From: Nemertoderma westbladi | Lineage: Eukaryota > Animalia > Xenacoelomorpha | Assembly: GCA_032718475.1 (NCBI GenBank) | Contig: JAUCBJ010003313.1 | Coordinates: 2,583 to 66,582 of the forward strand | Length of the DNA stretch: 64,000 nucleotides | Direction: 5' to 3' | Part shown: in pieces, positions 12,646 through 24,530 of the stretch | Position numbering within the stretch: position 1 is the stretch's first letter | Layout: each line of letters begins with the position of its first letter | Notes under the pieces: generated by a model | What the model was told of the DNA's origin: nothing | Seen by the model: the letters and a program-made list of their open reading frames with translations, nothing else | Database searches by the model: none | Position numbers and translations under genes: made by a program

Positions 12646-15074
12646 ATGTGGGTCAAATTGGCCCAACTCGTTGTTAAAAATCCAGCTGTGAAGTACAGGC
12701 TGGCGTGATGGTCATAATATCTTGTGACATCCTACCCCTACTAGTTAGTAACCATATGCTATAATATAATAACATATACCGAAATGGTGTTCTAGCAGTA
12801 GACATCTAAACACCTTGTACACGTGGTTTACCAAAGTGGGTCAAATTGACCCAATAGTGTAAATGCTGTTCCTTATCTTATACAAGCGCTTATACATAGT
12901 AGGAAATATACCATTGGTAACTTGAAAAACGTGGGAATTTTGAATTTTCTCCAGTGAATCTTAGTGTACCGCTGTACCGGTAGTGATTGTATGTTGATAT
13001 TAATCTTATAGTTGAAAGGCTGAAAGGTAACTGGATAAACATAAACACTCTCAGAGATCTCAAATTTCGGAGGTATCATTTAGTATGTCGAATCGTTATC
13101 CTAATCGGACAAGACGTCCTGTGAATGCCTATGGGTACCTTTTTCCGTCCCAAGATGAGTTCCTGGATGACAGCGATGGAGTTGATAGTGATGCAATAGA
13201 TGACAATGATGAACTGGATGGTGGTGAGAGTGAGGTGGAAGACTCTGGAAGCGATGTGTCTGCCGGAGATGGTGTGGAGGAGTGCGGGATGAGTGATGCC
13301 GGAGGAGTCGGGGAGAGCAATGGAGAAGGTGAAGGGGCAACATTATATGTATCACGTAGGGGCAACATTGAGTGGAGCAAGACGCCATGTCTTCCAACTT
13401 CTCAAGTTCGATCCATCAATATCATTCGTGAGGGTCGGTCCATTCCCAAACATGTGAGAGATAAGAATATGTCTTCCCCACTGGACACATTTACCAATTT
13501 CATTTCACATGAAATGTTGATGATCGTTTTGGACGCAACGAACAACAGTGCGATTGACCCTGACGTTACACTCGACGAGCTGTATGGTTTCCTCGGCATC
13601 CTTATCTTTGCAGGAGTTCATCGAGACAATCGACTTCCAGTACGTTCACTCTTCCACAATGAATATGGCCGGCCCATTTACAGTGCCACTATGTCCCGAA
13701 ATCGTTTCGTTGAAATTTTGCGCCACTTTCGCTTTGACAACAAAGAGACTCGTGTAGAACGGCGAGCTACTGACAAACTGGCCCCAATCCGGGAAGTGTG
13801 GGACATGTTTGTAAACCGTCTCCGATCGTCCTATGTACCAGGTCCGACTGTGACTGTGGACGAGATGCTGTCACCATTCCGTGGTAGGTGTCCGTTTCGG
13901 CAATACATCCCATCAAAGCCAGCGAAGTACGGCATCAAGTTCTGGTGGCTATGTGACTCTGAGACATTCTATCCATACAATGGCCAAGTTTATTGCGGCC
14001 GGCTTCCGAATGAAGCACGAGAAAAGGGACAGTCTAAGCGTGTGGTCCTGGACTTGGCGCAGCCTTTATTTGGAACTAATAGAAACATTTGCGCAGACAA
14101 CTTCTTTAGTAGTATGGAACTTTTATTGGAACTGAAGCAGCATCGGCTCAGCTACCTAGGAACTGTCAGGCGTAACAAGCCGGAGGTTCCCCAAGAGTTC
14201 GTTGACACACGCGGAAGACAAGTCCATTCCTCTTTGTTCGGCCACACCAATGACGCAACATTGGTTTCGTATATACCAAAGGCAAGCAAGTGTGTGCTGA
14301 TGTTATCATCGTCCCACTTTGATCAGGAAGTATCAGCCGAGGCGACCCACAAACCCAGCATGATTTTGGATTATAATGCGCAAAAATGTGGTGTTGATGT
14401 GATGGATGCGATGGTGGGTCATTTCACAGCACGCAGGGCCACCCGCCGCTGGCCCATGCGGGTCTTCATGGTGGTAGTTGATGTTGCTGCAGTTGCCGGG
14501 TTTGTGGTGTATTACACTCTCTTCCCAACAACCCGTCGCACTAATCGGGCGAGGTTCAATTACCTAACAGAGGTATCTCAGGGTCTTATGAAGATCAGTA
14601 TGACGTCTCGTACCCTATCCCGTCATATTGCTGAGGCACCTCGTACTATAGCCCAGCGAGAGCAGCAGCTCAGTACATCCTTGGTGGGCTCCAGTTTTTC
14701 AGCACCCAAAGTTCCCAAACGTGGGAGATGCTACAGGTGCCCACAAAAGTCTGGGTCTACAAAGTATTCACGAAAATGCGACAACTGTGCACACTTCATC
14801 TGCGACGTACATTCGCGTGTATCAACGTATTGCACTAGTTGCACCTAGAGTCCGAACATACTATTGATAACATGATATTGATAACAATCGATAACATGAT
14901 ATTGGTAATCGATATATAACTCTGTACAATCACTTGTACTATATTTTAACCCTATAATTATATTGGCAGTGTGGAAATTGATTATTTCCCCTACAAAGTC
15001 GTTTTTTGTAGGTATGGGTCAAATTGACCCAAAGCGGGTGTCTATGTGGCAAAACAAAACCGGGTATAGGCGGG
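12646..15074 (+). mobile_element. piggyBac element with intact transposase; right end present, left TIR not found
   Basis: Right end ...GGGTATAGGCGGG followed by TTAA (15075-15078). Subterminal palindrome GGGTCAAATTGACCC at 12650 (1 mismatch), 12838 and 15016. Confidence 0.8.
13085..14848 (+). CDS. piggyBac transposase (587 aa, PGBD4-like)
   Basis: Acidic N-terminus; TVDEML, ADNFF and GVDVMD DDD triad; KPAKYGIK; C-terminal Cys-rich domain CYRC..CDNC..ICDVH..CTSC. Confidence 0.95.
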   Translation: MSNRYPNRTRRPVNAYGYLFPSQDEFLDDSDGVDSDAIDDNDELDGGESEVEDSGSDVSAGDGVEECGMSDAGGVGESNGEGEGATLYVSRRGNIEWSKTPCLPTSQVRSINIIREGRSIPKHVRDKNMSSPLDTFTNFISHEMLMIVLDATNNSAIDPDVTLDELYGFLGILIFAGVHRDNRLPVRSLFHNEYGRPIYSATMSRNRFVEILRHFRFDNKETRVERRATDKLAPIREVWDMFVNRLRSSYVPGPTVTVDEMLSPFRGRCPFRQYIPSKPAKYGIKFWWLCDSETFYPYNGQVYCGRLPNEAREKGQSKRVVLDLAQPLFGTNRNICADNFFSSMELLLELKQHRLSYLGTVRRNKPEVPQEFVDTRGRQVHSSLFGHTNDATLVSYIPKASKCVLMLSSSHFDQEVSAEATHKPSMILDYNAQKCGVDVMDAMVGHFTARRATRRWPMRVFMVVVDVAAVAGFVVYYTLFPTTRRTNRARFNYLTEVSQGLMKISMTSRTLSRHIAEAPRTIAQREQQLSTSLVGSSFSAPKVPKRGRCYRCPQKSGSTKYSRKCDNCAHFICDVHSRVSTYCTSCT

Positions 15075-15384
15075 TTAAATGGATAGAAAATCGCTGTCCA
15101 TAGAAACCAAGATAAAAATTTAACGGAGCACTGCGTAGTGACGTCAAATCTGTAACAGCCAATCACAGTCGATTTTCAAAATTGGCTTTCCGCGCATAAT
15201 TAATCTCGCAATTTCGAACGTTTCCTCGCGTTTTTACAAAAAGCACACCCCGCCACTCGATTCAGGGCACCTTGCTACCCTTTATTAAATTGTTTCTAGC
15301 CCAACAAGTTTTTCGCTAACCAACCCTATATAGAACTGTATTGATATATATTTATAAAAAATATAATTTTATTTAGTTATTAGT

Positions 15385-16992
15385 TACTACTACTACTAGA
15401 TCGTGTGAACTCGGACAGTGGAAATGAGATCATTCCAGCTTCCCGATTCCCCATAGTTTCGTTTCTCTCAAGTTCAGTGTTTCTTTCAAGCTGGTCTAAT
15501 ATGTCATAGCCGGTCGTCCACGGCTACGCTTTCCTTGTGTTGGTTGACTGACAGAGAAGTAGATCTGGTATGACCTCATGTTTACTTATCCAGCAGTGCC
15601 CACTGAATCTTAATCTGAGTTCCATCAAATCGTTGTTCGAGTGATTTCATCAGTGTCCAGGTTTCACCGTATTGCCGTATAAAAGTAAACTTTCCACTGT
15701 GTCTCGAAAGAACTTAATCTTCTGGTACCTGGAAAGGTCTGGTCTGATTTCCAGATGGTTATCCAGATAGTCATTTTTGATAGAGCCACCCGTGCCTTTG
15801 CTTTCCTAACTTATATCTCTTCTATCCACATGACCCAAAGTACTGAAAGTCGTCAACTTTTCTTAGTTGATAATTATTATCGTTTGTTATCAACTTTCCA
15901 TCAACATAAAAAGTCATGAATTCTGTCTTGGTAGCATTTATATGCAATCTAACCTCCTTAACAGCCCACTCCACTTTATTCAGTAGAAGCTGTCATTTCA
16001 TTAAAGAGCAGGGCGATGTCATCCGCAAAGTCGGTGTACAATTACACTACAATTACGAATAGTACTGGCACCAATGTGTCACCTTGCACTACCACAGTTA
16101 GGATTGAGAAGAACTCAGTTTCACCATTTGGTGGGAGTAGTACCTGAGCTTCTGTGTCACAATATAACAATCCAATGCCAGCAACAATTACTTATGGTAT
16201 TCCATAAGATCTTATGATTTGAGACAGAGGGAGAAACTGGATGCAAAGCCCGCTTTGGCGAATTATTATCCCGCCCCAATGTTAAATTCTCAATTTAGGG
16301 ATAGCAGCAGGTTACAGTGGAACGTTATTTTAACCAAAACAATAAACTAAACACAATAGAACAGGTTACAGTTTTATTTTTGATCGTAAGCAGCGGTTAT
16401 TTGCATCCAATTTGCCCTGGAGAGGGATTAATTTGTATTGCATCCAGCCCCCCCCCCCCCCCCCCCCCTCTATTTTTGTAGGATTTCCTGCATTTTACCT
16501 CTATGGATGGAGTCGAATGTTTTCTGTTCTTTTGAACAAATGTTAGGACTGCGGTGAGATAGATTCTTTGAATTAATTCCCTCAATCAGTTGTCGTAGGG
16601 TAGCACAGAACAAGTACCTGAGCTACAGTAGGCCTATTGTTGATCTATTTGGTCGAAATCCATTTTGGCTCTTATGCAGCAGTTTTTCTATGTGAGGCCT
16701 AATTCTATATAGTTTAATTTTGTTGTATATTTTGGCAGCTACTACAAGCAGACAGATCCCACAATAGTTTGTTGGTATACCCAAGTATCCTTTCTTAGGG
16801 AGAGGCTTTAGTTGACTTTTAGTCCAAATTGGTGGTGGCCTTTATACCCTTTGAGCATCCGGTTGCAAACATCAAATCTGGTCTGTTTAGCACTTCTCTT
16901 TTCCATACCTCTGCAAGGATTTCATCTGATCCACTCGTTTCTGATTGGACATACTTTTAATGCTTCTTTGAAGTTCGGCGGGTGTGAAGTCC
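15385..16992 (-). mobile_element. Degenerate second copy of the RTE LINE at 10.8-12.6 kb
   Basis: Collinear nucleotide similarity with 10826-12335, including the (TAG)n tail; many indels; unrelated insert at about 16220-16470. Confidence 0.85.
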
Positions 16993-17272
16993 TGGAGCAT
17001 GCTGAAGGCAGGATGCGGTGTAACATAATTATATTATAACTTTGTGACAATCGTGATCAACGAGATTCCACGAAAAGATCTGAAGTGTCAAGTTGTCCTT
17101 TCTGGGAACTACTGGCATTAAGCCCAAATTACTTCTCAGCCCCTAGAGCCATCAAAGGACACAAACAAAACAAACAAATAACACAAACAAAAATAACATA
17201 ATAACATAATAACATGCTCCACATACAGGTATGTATCGCAACCCTAACCCTAAAACCTAACCGCCATACAAT

Positions 17273-18382
17273 AAATGATACCGGTAATAAACTGCACGAA
17301 AGCGAAGCCAATATTCTATAAGAAAATATATGACAATTTTGTCGCCGTGAAAGGGGTAGGACTAGGGCAAAAATAAATAATTTGTGAAAAATATGGTTGC
17401 GCTTCGGTGTCTCGGACCAGTACGCGCTAATCCTCGACACCATCGTCAGCTGGACAAGGAATTAGCCAAGCCTAGCTATCTATATTGCACCAATGACCTA
17501 AATTAATCGCATCATCAATTCAGTTACCCCCTAAACCAAACAGACGTCAACAATATAACATTGGCACCCTATAGGCCTATGGTAAGTAAACATGTTACCA
17601 ATGGAAAACTGGTAGATTGCTAGGGCAAACACACAGTACAAAAATTGATTTGACAATATGCAGTGATATCTGAATTCTGCTCTTTACTTCATATGTGATA
17701 ATTGAATGTACCGACATACTGACTAACAGGGGGTTGTTATATATTAACTTAAAGGTAAACACAAGAGTCTTTCACCCCTTAAACTACAAAAAAATATAGA
17801 ATCAGGACATTAAGCCCAAATTACTTCTCTGCCCCTAGGGCTAATTTCCTATCCAGCTAATCCCCTAATCCCCTAATCCCTAATTCCCTGTCCAGCTGAC
17901 GATGTTGTCGAGTATTAGCGCGTCCATGTTACAGTCCAGGTACTGGTCCAAGACACCGAAACGCAACCATATTTTTCAGAAATTAATTATTTTTGCCCAA
18001 GTCCTACCCCTTTTACGGCGACAAAATTGTCATATATATATGTCCCACCTTGGTGTAGTGGTTGCATTGAATTCACATCTCCTGTAGGTCGTGGGTTCGA
18101 TCCTCACATGGGCCAGGGCAGTTTTCGTTTCGGCACGAATGCTTTAAAGGGACCAGCCAGGGTGCATCTCTGCCTTGCATCCTTAAGTGGTAGCTTAATG
18201 AGTACTGGAGTTTCCTCTGGGGAGTAAAGTTCTGGGGGGACCGCACTGGAAATAAGTCGTCAGACTTTGTGCGTAATCCCTGGCCTAGCGGCCGAAGAAA
18301 ATTAACTTATAATATATATTTTCTTATAGAATATACAGTACAGTAAGCGTAGCTTTCGTGCAGTTTATTACCGATATCATTT
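17273..18382. repeat. Inverted pair of an approximately 200-bp interspersed repeat (MITE-like)
   Basis: 17273-17467 is the reverse complement of 17878-18040 joined to 18312-18382. The related motif CATTAAGCCC occurs at about 17116 and 17808, and inverted at about 42076. Confidence 0.7.
18041..18310 (+). mobile_element. tRNA-derived SINE
   Basis: A-box-like TGGTGTAGTGG and B-box GGTTCGATCC; inserted in a TA run that splits the repeat above; partial related copy at about 5468-5540. Confidence 0.7.
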
Positions 18383-18430
18383 AACTTCAGCAATATTCTA
18401 AATTACAAAATTTATTATCGGTATCCTTAG

Positions 18431-18600
18431 GTGGGTAAAATTGGCGGGCGTCAAGAAATATCGCTTGGTGACGGTTGCCATAGCTTTGGAACTGCTGTAC
18501 ACGAAGTGTTACATGCCTTGGGAGTCCACCACGAACAGGGCAGACCAGACCGGGACAGCCATGTACTGATACTCTGGGATTTCATTGAAGAGTCGAAAAA
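18431..18600 (+). CDS. Astacin (M12A) metalloprotease catalytic exon; orphan, possibly a pseudo-exon
   Basis: Acceptor TATCCTTAG then [35 protein letters not shown] (HExxHxxGxxHExxRxDR). The 3' boundary is approximate. Confidence 0.8.
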
Positions 18601-18996
18601 GTTAGAAAATCATTTCAATATATTATTACAAACTGTAAATATTTTCAAAATACGCAAGTAAAATTAATCATAGTTTCTAAATCTAAAAAAATAAATTAGC
18701 AATAGCAATTTTAGTTTTGAGTTATCATAAAAGCTATTTATCTCGAAAGATTTTTTCGGAATTTAATTATTTCAACGCCCTGCTACATTTACTATTTTTG
18801 AGGAATGGGCACCAGTATGGAACTATTACAATTACATATCGATTTAATTACAAATCAGGAACGACATAAATATCAAATATGACACAAGTTTAAAAGATGC
18901 GGCTCGCTAAATACATATTAAAATGTATCTTTTGAACTCCGTTTGTTAGCGCTTTATTGTCCGCACAGTTAAATTTCCGATACATAAGGAGTACAC

Positions 18997-19520
18997 GAAG
19001 TGGGGACTTCGCGCAGCACGAAGTTGGCGAAGCCTTAGCGAATTGACACTGTTAGGGGGTGGGTCAATTTATGCAAATAGTTGTCGTTGTCACGTTGGCC
19101 CTCTAGCGGCAGACTGGAGAACTGCAGATGGATTCGCCTCCTTTGAAAGTCACAGCTAATGGTCTAATACATATCTGCCAAGTTTCAGCTTAAACGGATT
19201 AAAAGCAAAGAAATGGGAGGGCATTTAATGTTTAGACATGTGGCCCTCTAGCGGGAGACCATTGCACTGATGGTGTCTGAAAGTCTCTCAAAAATCTCAA
19301 CTTTTGCTCATATTGATACCTACAAATTTTCAACTTGGCAGCTTTAAATCCGACAAAGTTATTAGCATGTCAAAATCGTAACGACGACGACAACGACGAC
19401 GACGACGACGACGACAACGACGACGACGACGACGACGACAACTATTTGCATAAATTGACCCACCCCCTAACAGTGTCAATTCGATAAGGCTCCGCCAACT
19501 TCGTGGCTCGCCCCACAAAC
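18997..19520. mobile_element. Non-autonomous element with about 75-bp subterminal inverted repeats and an (ACG)n microsatellite (Helentron/HINE-like or MITE)
   Basis: 19017-19090 is inverted at 19435-19504; (ACG/ACA)n at 19381-19441; ends GTGGGG...CCCCAC. Confidence 0.6.
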
Positions 19521-19994
19521 ACTACACCTTTGCAGGGATCCAATCGAATATGAGTCTATATTTGGAGAAACTGTGAATTGGTCGCTAATTTAAGGGGAGT
19601 AAGTAGTACAGGCATTTTTTCCATACAAACTACTATTAAGCATCGGTGCCATTTTAGAACGCATCAGATTACTTTATAGGCCGACTGTTCTTGCATTCTA
19701 ACCGGTATTTAACGGGCTTTCTTTCAGGTAAACCAATTAGTTTTTTGAATTTCAATTTTTTTTTCATATATTTAACTTATTTTTTGAAAAATGGACCAAA
19801 TTTTCAAAAAAATTAGCCAAATAATTAATGTCACAAACATTAAAATCAAAATTTGGTGCTTATGCATACATAATATAAAAAAAACTAATTGGTCTACCTT
19901 ATTCTACGGTAAAAAATGATCCTAGTGAAAAATTTTCAAGTCTATAACTGAGAAAAATGTACCGAAAGAATTCTAAATCCAGTTATAATTTGAA

Positions 19995-20505
19995 CCTTCC
20001 CGGTCCCGCATCGCGTTTCCTTTCAAATCCTACCAAGGAACACATGGTTGCTGCGAGAAGCGTTGTTTGTTTACGTTTCTTGAAGGGGACTATCGATTAT
20101 AAACTGACATACCCGAGGAATACTCAAGATCTACGACTGCTTGGGTACAGTGATGCTGATTGGGCCAGAGATACCTCAGATAAGAAATCAACCTCGGGGT
20201 ATTGTTTTAAATTAACAGAGTGTGGTGTAGTGGTATCGTTGTGTTCCCAGAAGCAAAATTGTGTTGCTCTGTCCACTGCCAAAGCGGAATATGTAGCTCT
20301 AAGTGTTGCTTGCCAAGAAGCATTAGATTTGCGTTTAATGTTGAAGGAGTTTGTTTATGATGTCAAAGAACCAGTTACCATCTTTGAAGACAATCAATCT
20401 GCGATATCTCTAAGTAACCATCCCAGTGTTAGAAAGAAAACAAAGCATATTGACATCAAATATCACTATGTAAGGGGACTTGTTGAAAGTGATATTGTAT
20501 ATATT
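19995..20505 (+). mobile_element. Ty1/copia RT-end/RNase H relic
   Basis: GYSDADWA..KKSTSGY..VALSTAKAEY..EDNQSAI..KTKHIDIKYHYVR. Confidence 0.9.
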
Positions 20506-20616
20506 CCATATTATATTATTCCATATATATTCATATATTCCATCTGAACATAGATCTATCCCATCATAGTAGACATGTACCGAACAACAAGAGTCCCACA
20601 AGAAATGAAAACAAAT

Positions 20617-21168
20617 ACTACTACTACTAGGATCGGCATGCTGCATTGCAGCTGCATTTTTAAGAATGCTGTGCCGGCTTGTCAACAAAATTGCACCGCC
20701 ACAACTCCCTATCACCCATGACATTTGCTAGATCATCCGCATCTTTAAGGCCAGTGTCCTTTAAGATGCGTCTCAAGAAAGTCATGGGCTGTCCACCATG
20801 CTTATTCACTCCATGAGGCTGCCAAAGTACAAGATTATGCACTGGCTGGTCCTCACGGCGAAAGCAATGTCCTGCAAAGCGGAGGCGATTTTGTTCTAGT
20901 GTCAAGCTTGGGGGAACCAATGAGACACCTCCAATGTTATACAGTGTCTGGTTGGAGATGTGTGCATTGTACTTGACACAATGTACCCGGCGTAGCATTC
21001 TTGTGAATGTGCCATCCAGAGATTTGGTGTCCTCAGCAGTTAGAGCCCAGCATGGACTCCCGTAGAGGAGTACTGGAACTACTGCTGCTCTAAATAATCG
21101 GACCTTAAGTTTCCGATTAATTCTAGGTGACTTCCAAATCCTGGAAAGCCTATTCAAGGCTGCCCATG
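20617..21168 (-). mobile_element. RTE LINE, 3' part (split by the BEL insertion)
   Basis: ORF 20660-21157 with RLRFAGHCFR; (TAG)n tail; joins the 35488+ part in frame as KGKAW|AALNRLSRIW. Confidence 0.92.
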
Positions 21169-22350
21169 TGTAAAAGCTTTTGTGGGATAACTGATACGTT
21201 TGCCTTTGCTGGCCAGTTCCCCCCCAGTCGCTAGAATACTCTCAAAGGGATTTATAACTAAAATAGTGCAAGCTACCAGCTTATTGGCTGATGTGCTGTA
21301 CGGAGATATCTGGGCTCAGTTTAATCGGCCAACTAGCTTAGAGAGGTTGCCTTAGCCTTGCTGTTCGTGTCGGCCAATAGAATTTGCGTAGGCGTTGATT
21401 TCGACCTATCCCAGCGCTACTGAACTGAATTTCCTATCTCTATGCTCATCCTCTGTGTTGAACGGGAGCTTCGTGGAATAAGGGAGTTGGTATCTTCGTA
21501 TAGAGCAGTAGTCACATGTTTCTGTTGTTGTGTTCCCATTTTTCGCCATAACACCGGCTTTTGGAACAACTCTAGTAAAACTGCTTAGATTATAGAAAGT
21601 ATAACTGTTACCGGCGGTGTTACCTCACTTAATTTAACTGCACTAATCATATTGTTTGTACTGCTATTTACCGTCAGTTATTAATTGTATCGATTTGTTG
21701 ATGAAATATTGTCATTTGGAGAATATTGATAAATCACCCAAATTTCCCAATTTCTTGATACACTACAGGTTAGAGAGACAGGCTATATATAACAATTGCG
21801 ATTTATATCAATGTGGTGTGTATTGAATCTAATGTTATTTAGTAGACACTACCTGAGTCAATTGCTGTTCTCTTTATGTGTGATCAAATATACTGACGGT
21901 CGGCAGAATAGTGTGCATGATTGTGAGTGTGATGTGACTGGTAACAAAGCATTTCCTAAAGAATGCGACTTATACTTTAATCATAAGCCTTATCGTTGCG
22001 TTTAGTATAAGTCCTAGCTCTGTTTAAATAGATAGAGCGCCACGTCCTAAAGGAACTGTTAATATTTCCCGAAAGTTAATAATATCTGTCAGAGATTAAT
22101 TATTAACGATCTATCGAATAATACAGTAAGTTTACACTGCAACCTTACACTGCAATAATAAAATCTAAGCATCCGAATTCAGCCTCCCGGGTGTAGATCC
22201 ATCAGGTGAATGATCGCGCATGGGCTGGCTTCGGCTAATGTTTTGTTTATTAGCATAAAATATTGTCGTATGCTAAAGGTGTGTTAATTAACTAAAAGAC
22301 ATATAAATTTTGGCAGGTTAAACTGCTAAAGGTCTTCAAAAGCGCGAACA
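21169..22350 (+). repeat. 5' LTR (1182 bp)
   Basis: Matches 34305-35487; by eye only one 1-bp indel and one substitution differ. Confidence 0.95.
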
Positions 22351-22639
22351 GTAACAGTTATAATCTTATTGCAGTAGGCAATAAGGTTGCAAAATACCGT
22401 AGTGACTGGTAAAACTGAACCGGTGCTTCTGTAGGTCAGTAGGCCTAACTGTCATCACCGGTACCGGTACTGCTGTACAAGTACATTTAGTATTATTCGA
22501 TTTTGATTATTGTATACCGGTAGGCTGTTTAAGAGATTAGGGACTGTACACCCCTTGTTTCTTTTGGAGCTTACTTATTTCTGTCGGTTTTATTTCCTAG
22601 TAAGTTAATATTGAGCTGAAGACGTGTAAGTCTGCTCAG

Positions 22640-23200
22640 ATTGTTCAAATAATTGTAGGCTGAACTGCTGTCTGACTGTGTTGAGTTTGGAGAGATTACG
22701 GCGTGTGTAGAGTTTGTCTGATCAAGTGCCGTTAGTAAGTTGGGGCAGCCATATGCGGTAAGGTCAATCCCCTCTTAAAGAATAAGTCGTACTACCGTGT
22801 TAGAACGCATACTAACTAACAGTTTCAGAGTCTGCATATACTGTAGTTTATTTAGGCTTGATCGTAGTCTGCCAGTGTTTTAGCCTGTGTTTGTTTGTGT
22901 GGTCTGTTCAGGTACCGTAATAGTTATTACTCAAATATTTGTAGGCTGGATTGTTGTCTAGCTATTTTTAGGTCTGAAGGGATTGCTGCGTGTGTAGAGT
23001 TGGTCTGATAAAGTGCCGTTAGTAAGTTGGGGCAGCCATAAGCTGTAAGGTCAATCCCCTCTTAAAGAGTAAGTCGTACTACCGTGCTAGAACGCATACT
23101 AACTAACAGTTTCAGAATCTGCACATACTGTAGTTTGTTTAGGCTTGATAGTAGTTTGCCAGCGTTTAGTTTGTATTTTGTTTGAGTATTCTGTACGGGT
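22640..23200 (+). repeat. Tandem duplication (period about 288 bp) in the LTR element's 5' leader
   Basis: AAGTGCCGTTAGTAAGTTGGGGCAGCCATA at 22723 and 23011. Confidence 0.85.
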
Positions 23201-24530
23201 AGCGAAATATTTATTATTCAGAGTTTATGCGATTATTCGCAACATTCATGTCCCCAAGTTTATTCCTACAGTAATTGTGCTTGTTATACATACCGTTATA
23301 GTTAAACTAACCCCGGTACTACATCAGGGCTGCTCGGCGTAGGTAAAGACTGGTGACTTTGTGCTTTGGTCACTCCAGCAGATGCCGTGGTTCTTTTAAC
23401 TGTTCAAGTATATTTAACTACTGATTATTTGTTATACCGGTACTTGTACCTAATTTAGGGTTTAGTGTACAGTGCTTTCCGAAGTAATTAGTGTAGGCAG
23501 TATATTTGTGTTGTAAAGTGGTTGATAGGCACATTCGTTAGCTCTATTAGCTTCTGGGTAGGAACAATCCGTGATACATAACGTAGTACCTATAACGATA
23601 CGGTTATAGGTCGTCAGGCGGTGGTATTTTCCTATCTGGACAGTACAGTATATTTACTACTACTTATTATTTTCAAATACCGTAGTACCCTGTCCATTGT
23701 AATAACCAGAATTCTAACCCTTTGTTAGGCTGGTTTGTAGACTTCCTGTAAAATTACCCTAAAAATTCGTACGTAATATTTTTGTTGTGTTTAACTAGAG
23801 ATTTAATCTCACCCGTATCGTAAGTAATTTGTAGTATTAAGTAACTTAGGTAAATTAGAATTATCTGTTTTAGTGTCCCATAGGTAGCACTTCACTGAGA
23901 GCGCACAGCTTCTGTGTAGTGACTCCCCCAGAAATAATAACATCTATTTCAATATTGTAACAAAACCCCTCATACGGGTACATATAAATCCACTAAATCT
24001 ATTAATAAAATAGTAGGCCTATTATACAACACTTAGGTCTTAATATCAGTTGGACTGCTGCTCAAATAACGGTAATAAAGTAAGTAAAGTAACCAAGTGA
24101 CCCCTAACATTCAGAAATTCAATTATTTTTAAAATAATTGACATACCGGTATTTACAATAGGCTTATTATATTTATTTCCATAAATTTAAGCTGAAATCA
24201 TACCGGTATTCTGTAATTAATTTTAGTTCATAATTATACTTTATATATATTATAAGTGTAAGCTGTATACTGGTATCCACGATAGGCCTATTATATATTT
24301 ATATATATATTTGTGCTAAATTTATATACCAGTACTCTGTGACAAATCTAGTCTGTAATAATACTTATATATACTATAAGCATACCGGTATTCTAATATA
24401 TTATATATATATATCACGCTACATTGAGTAGCAGTATCGGTAATTAATTATTAGGCTAGCAGTGATACTGAATTACTAGACTTGCTTTAACTGTATATGT
24501 AGCAGTAGGCATCCAACTGTATAAAGCGAA

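Noticed and set aside
17240-17890. Telomere-like CCCTAA / CCCCTAAT runs
   Set aside because: Only 3-4 degenerate units within an interspersed repeat.
21796-22005. 69-aa ORF duplicated at 34933-35142
   Set aside because: The identity is explained by the LTR duplication; non-ATG start and no motif.
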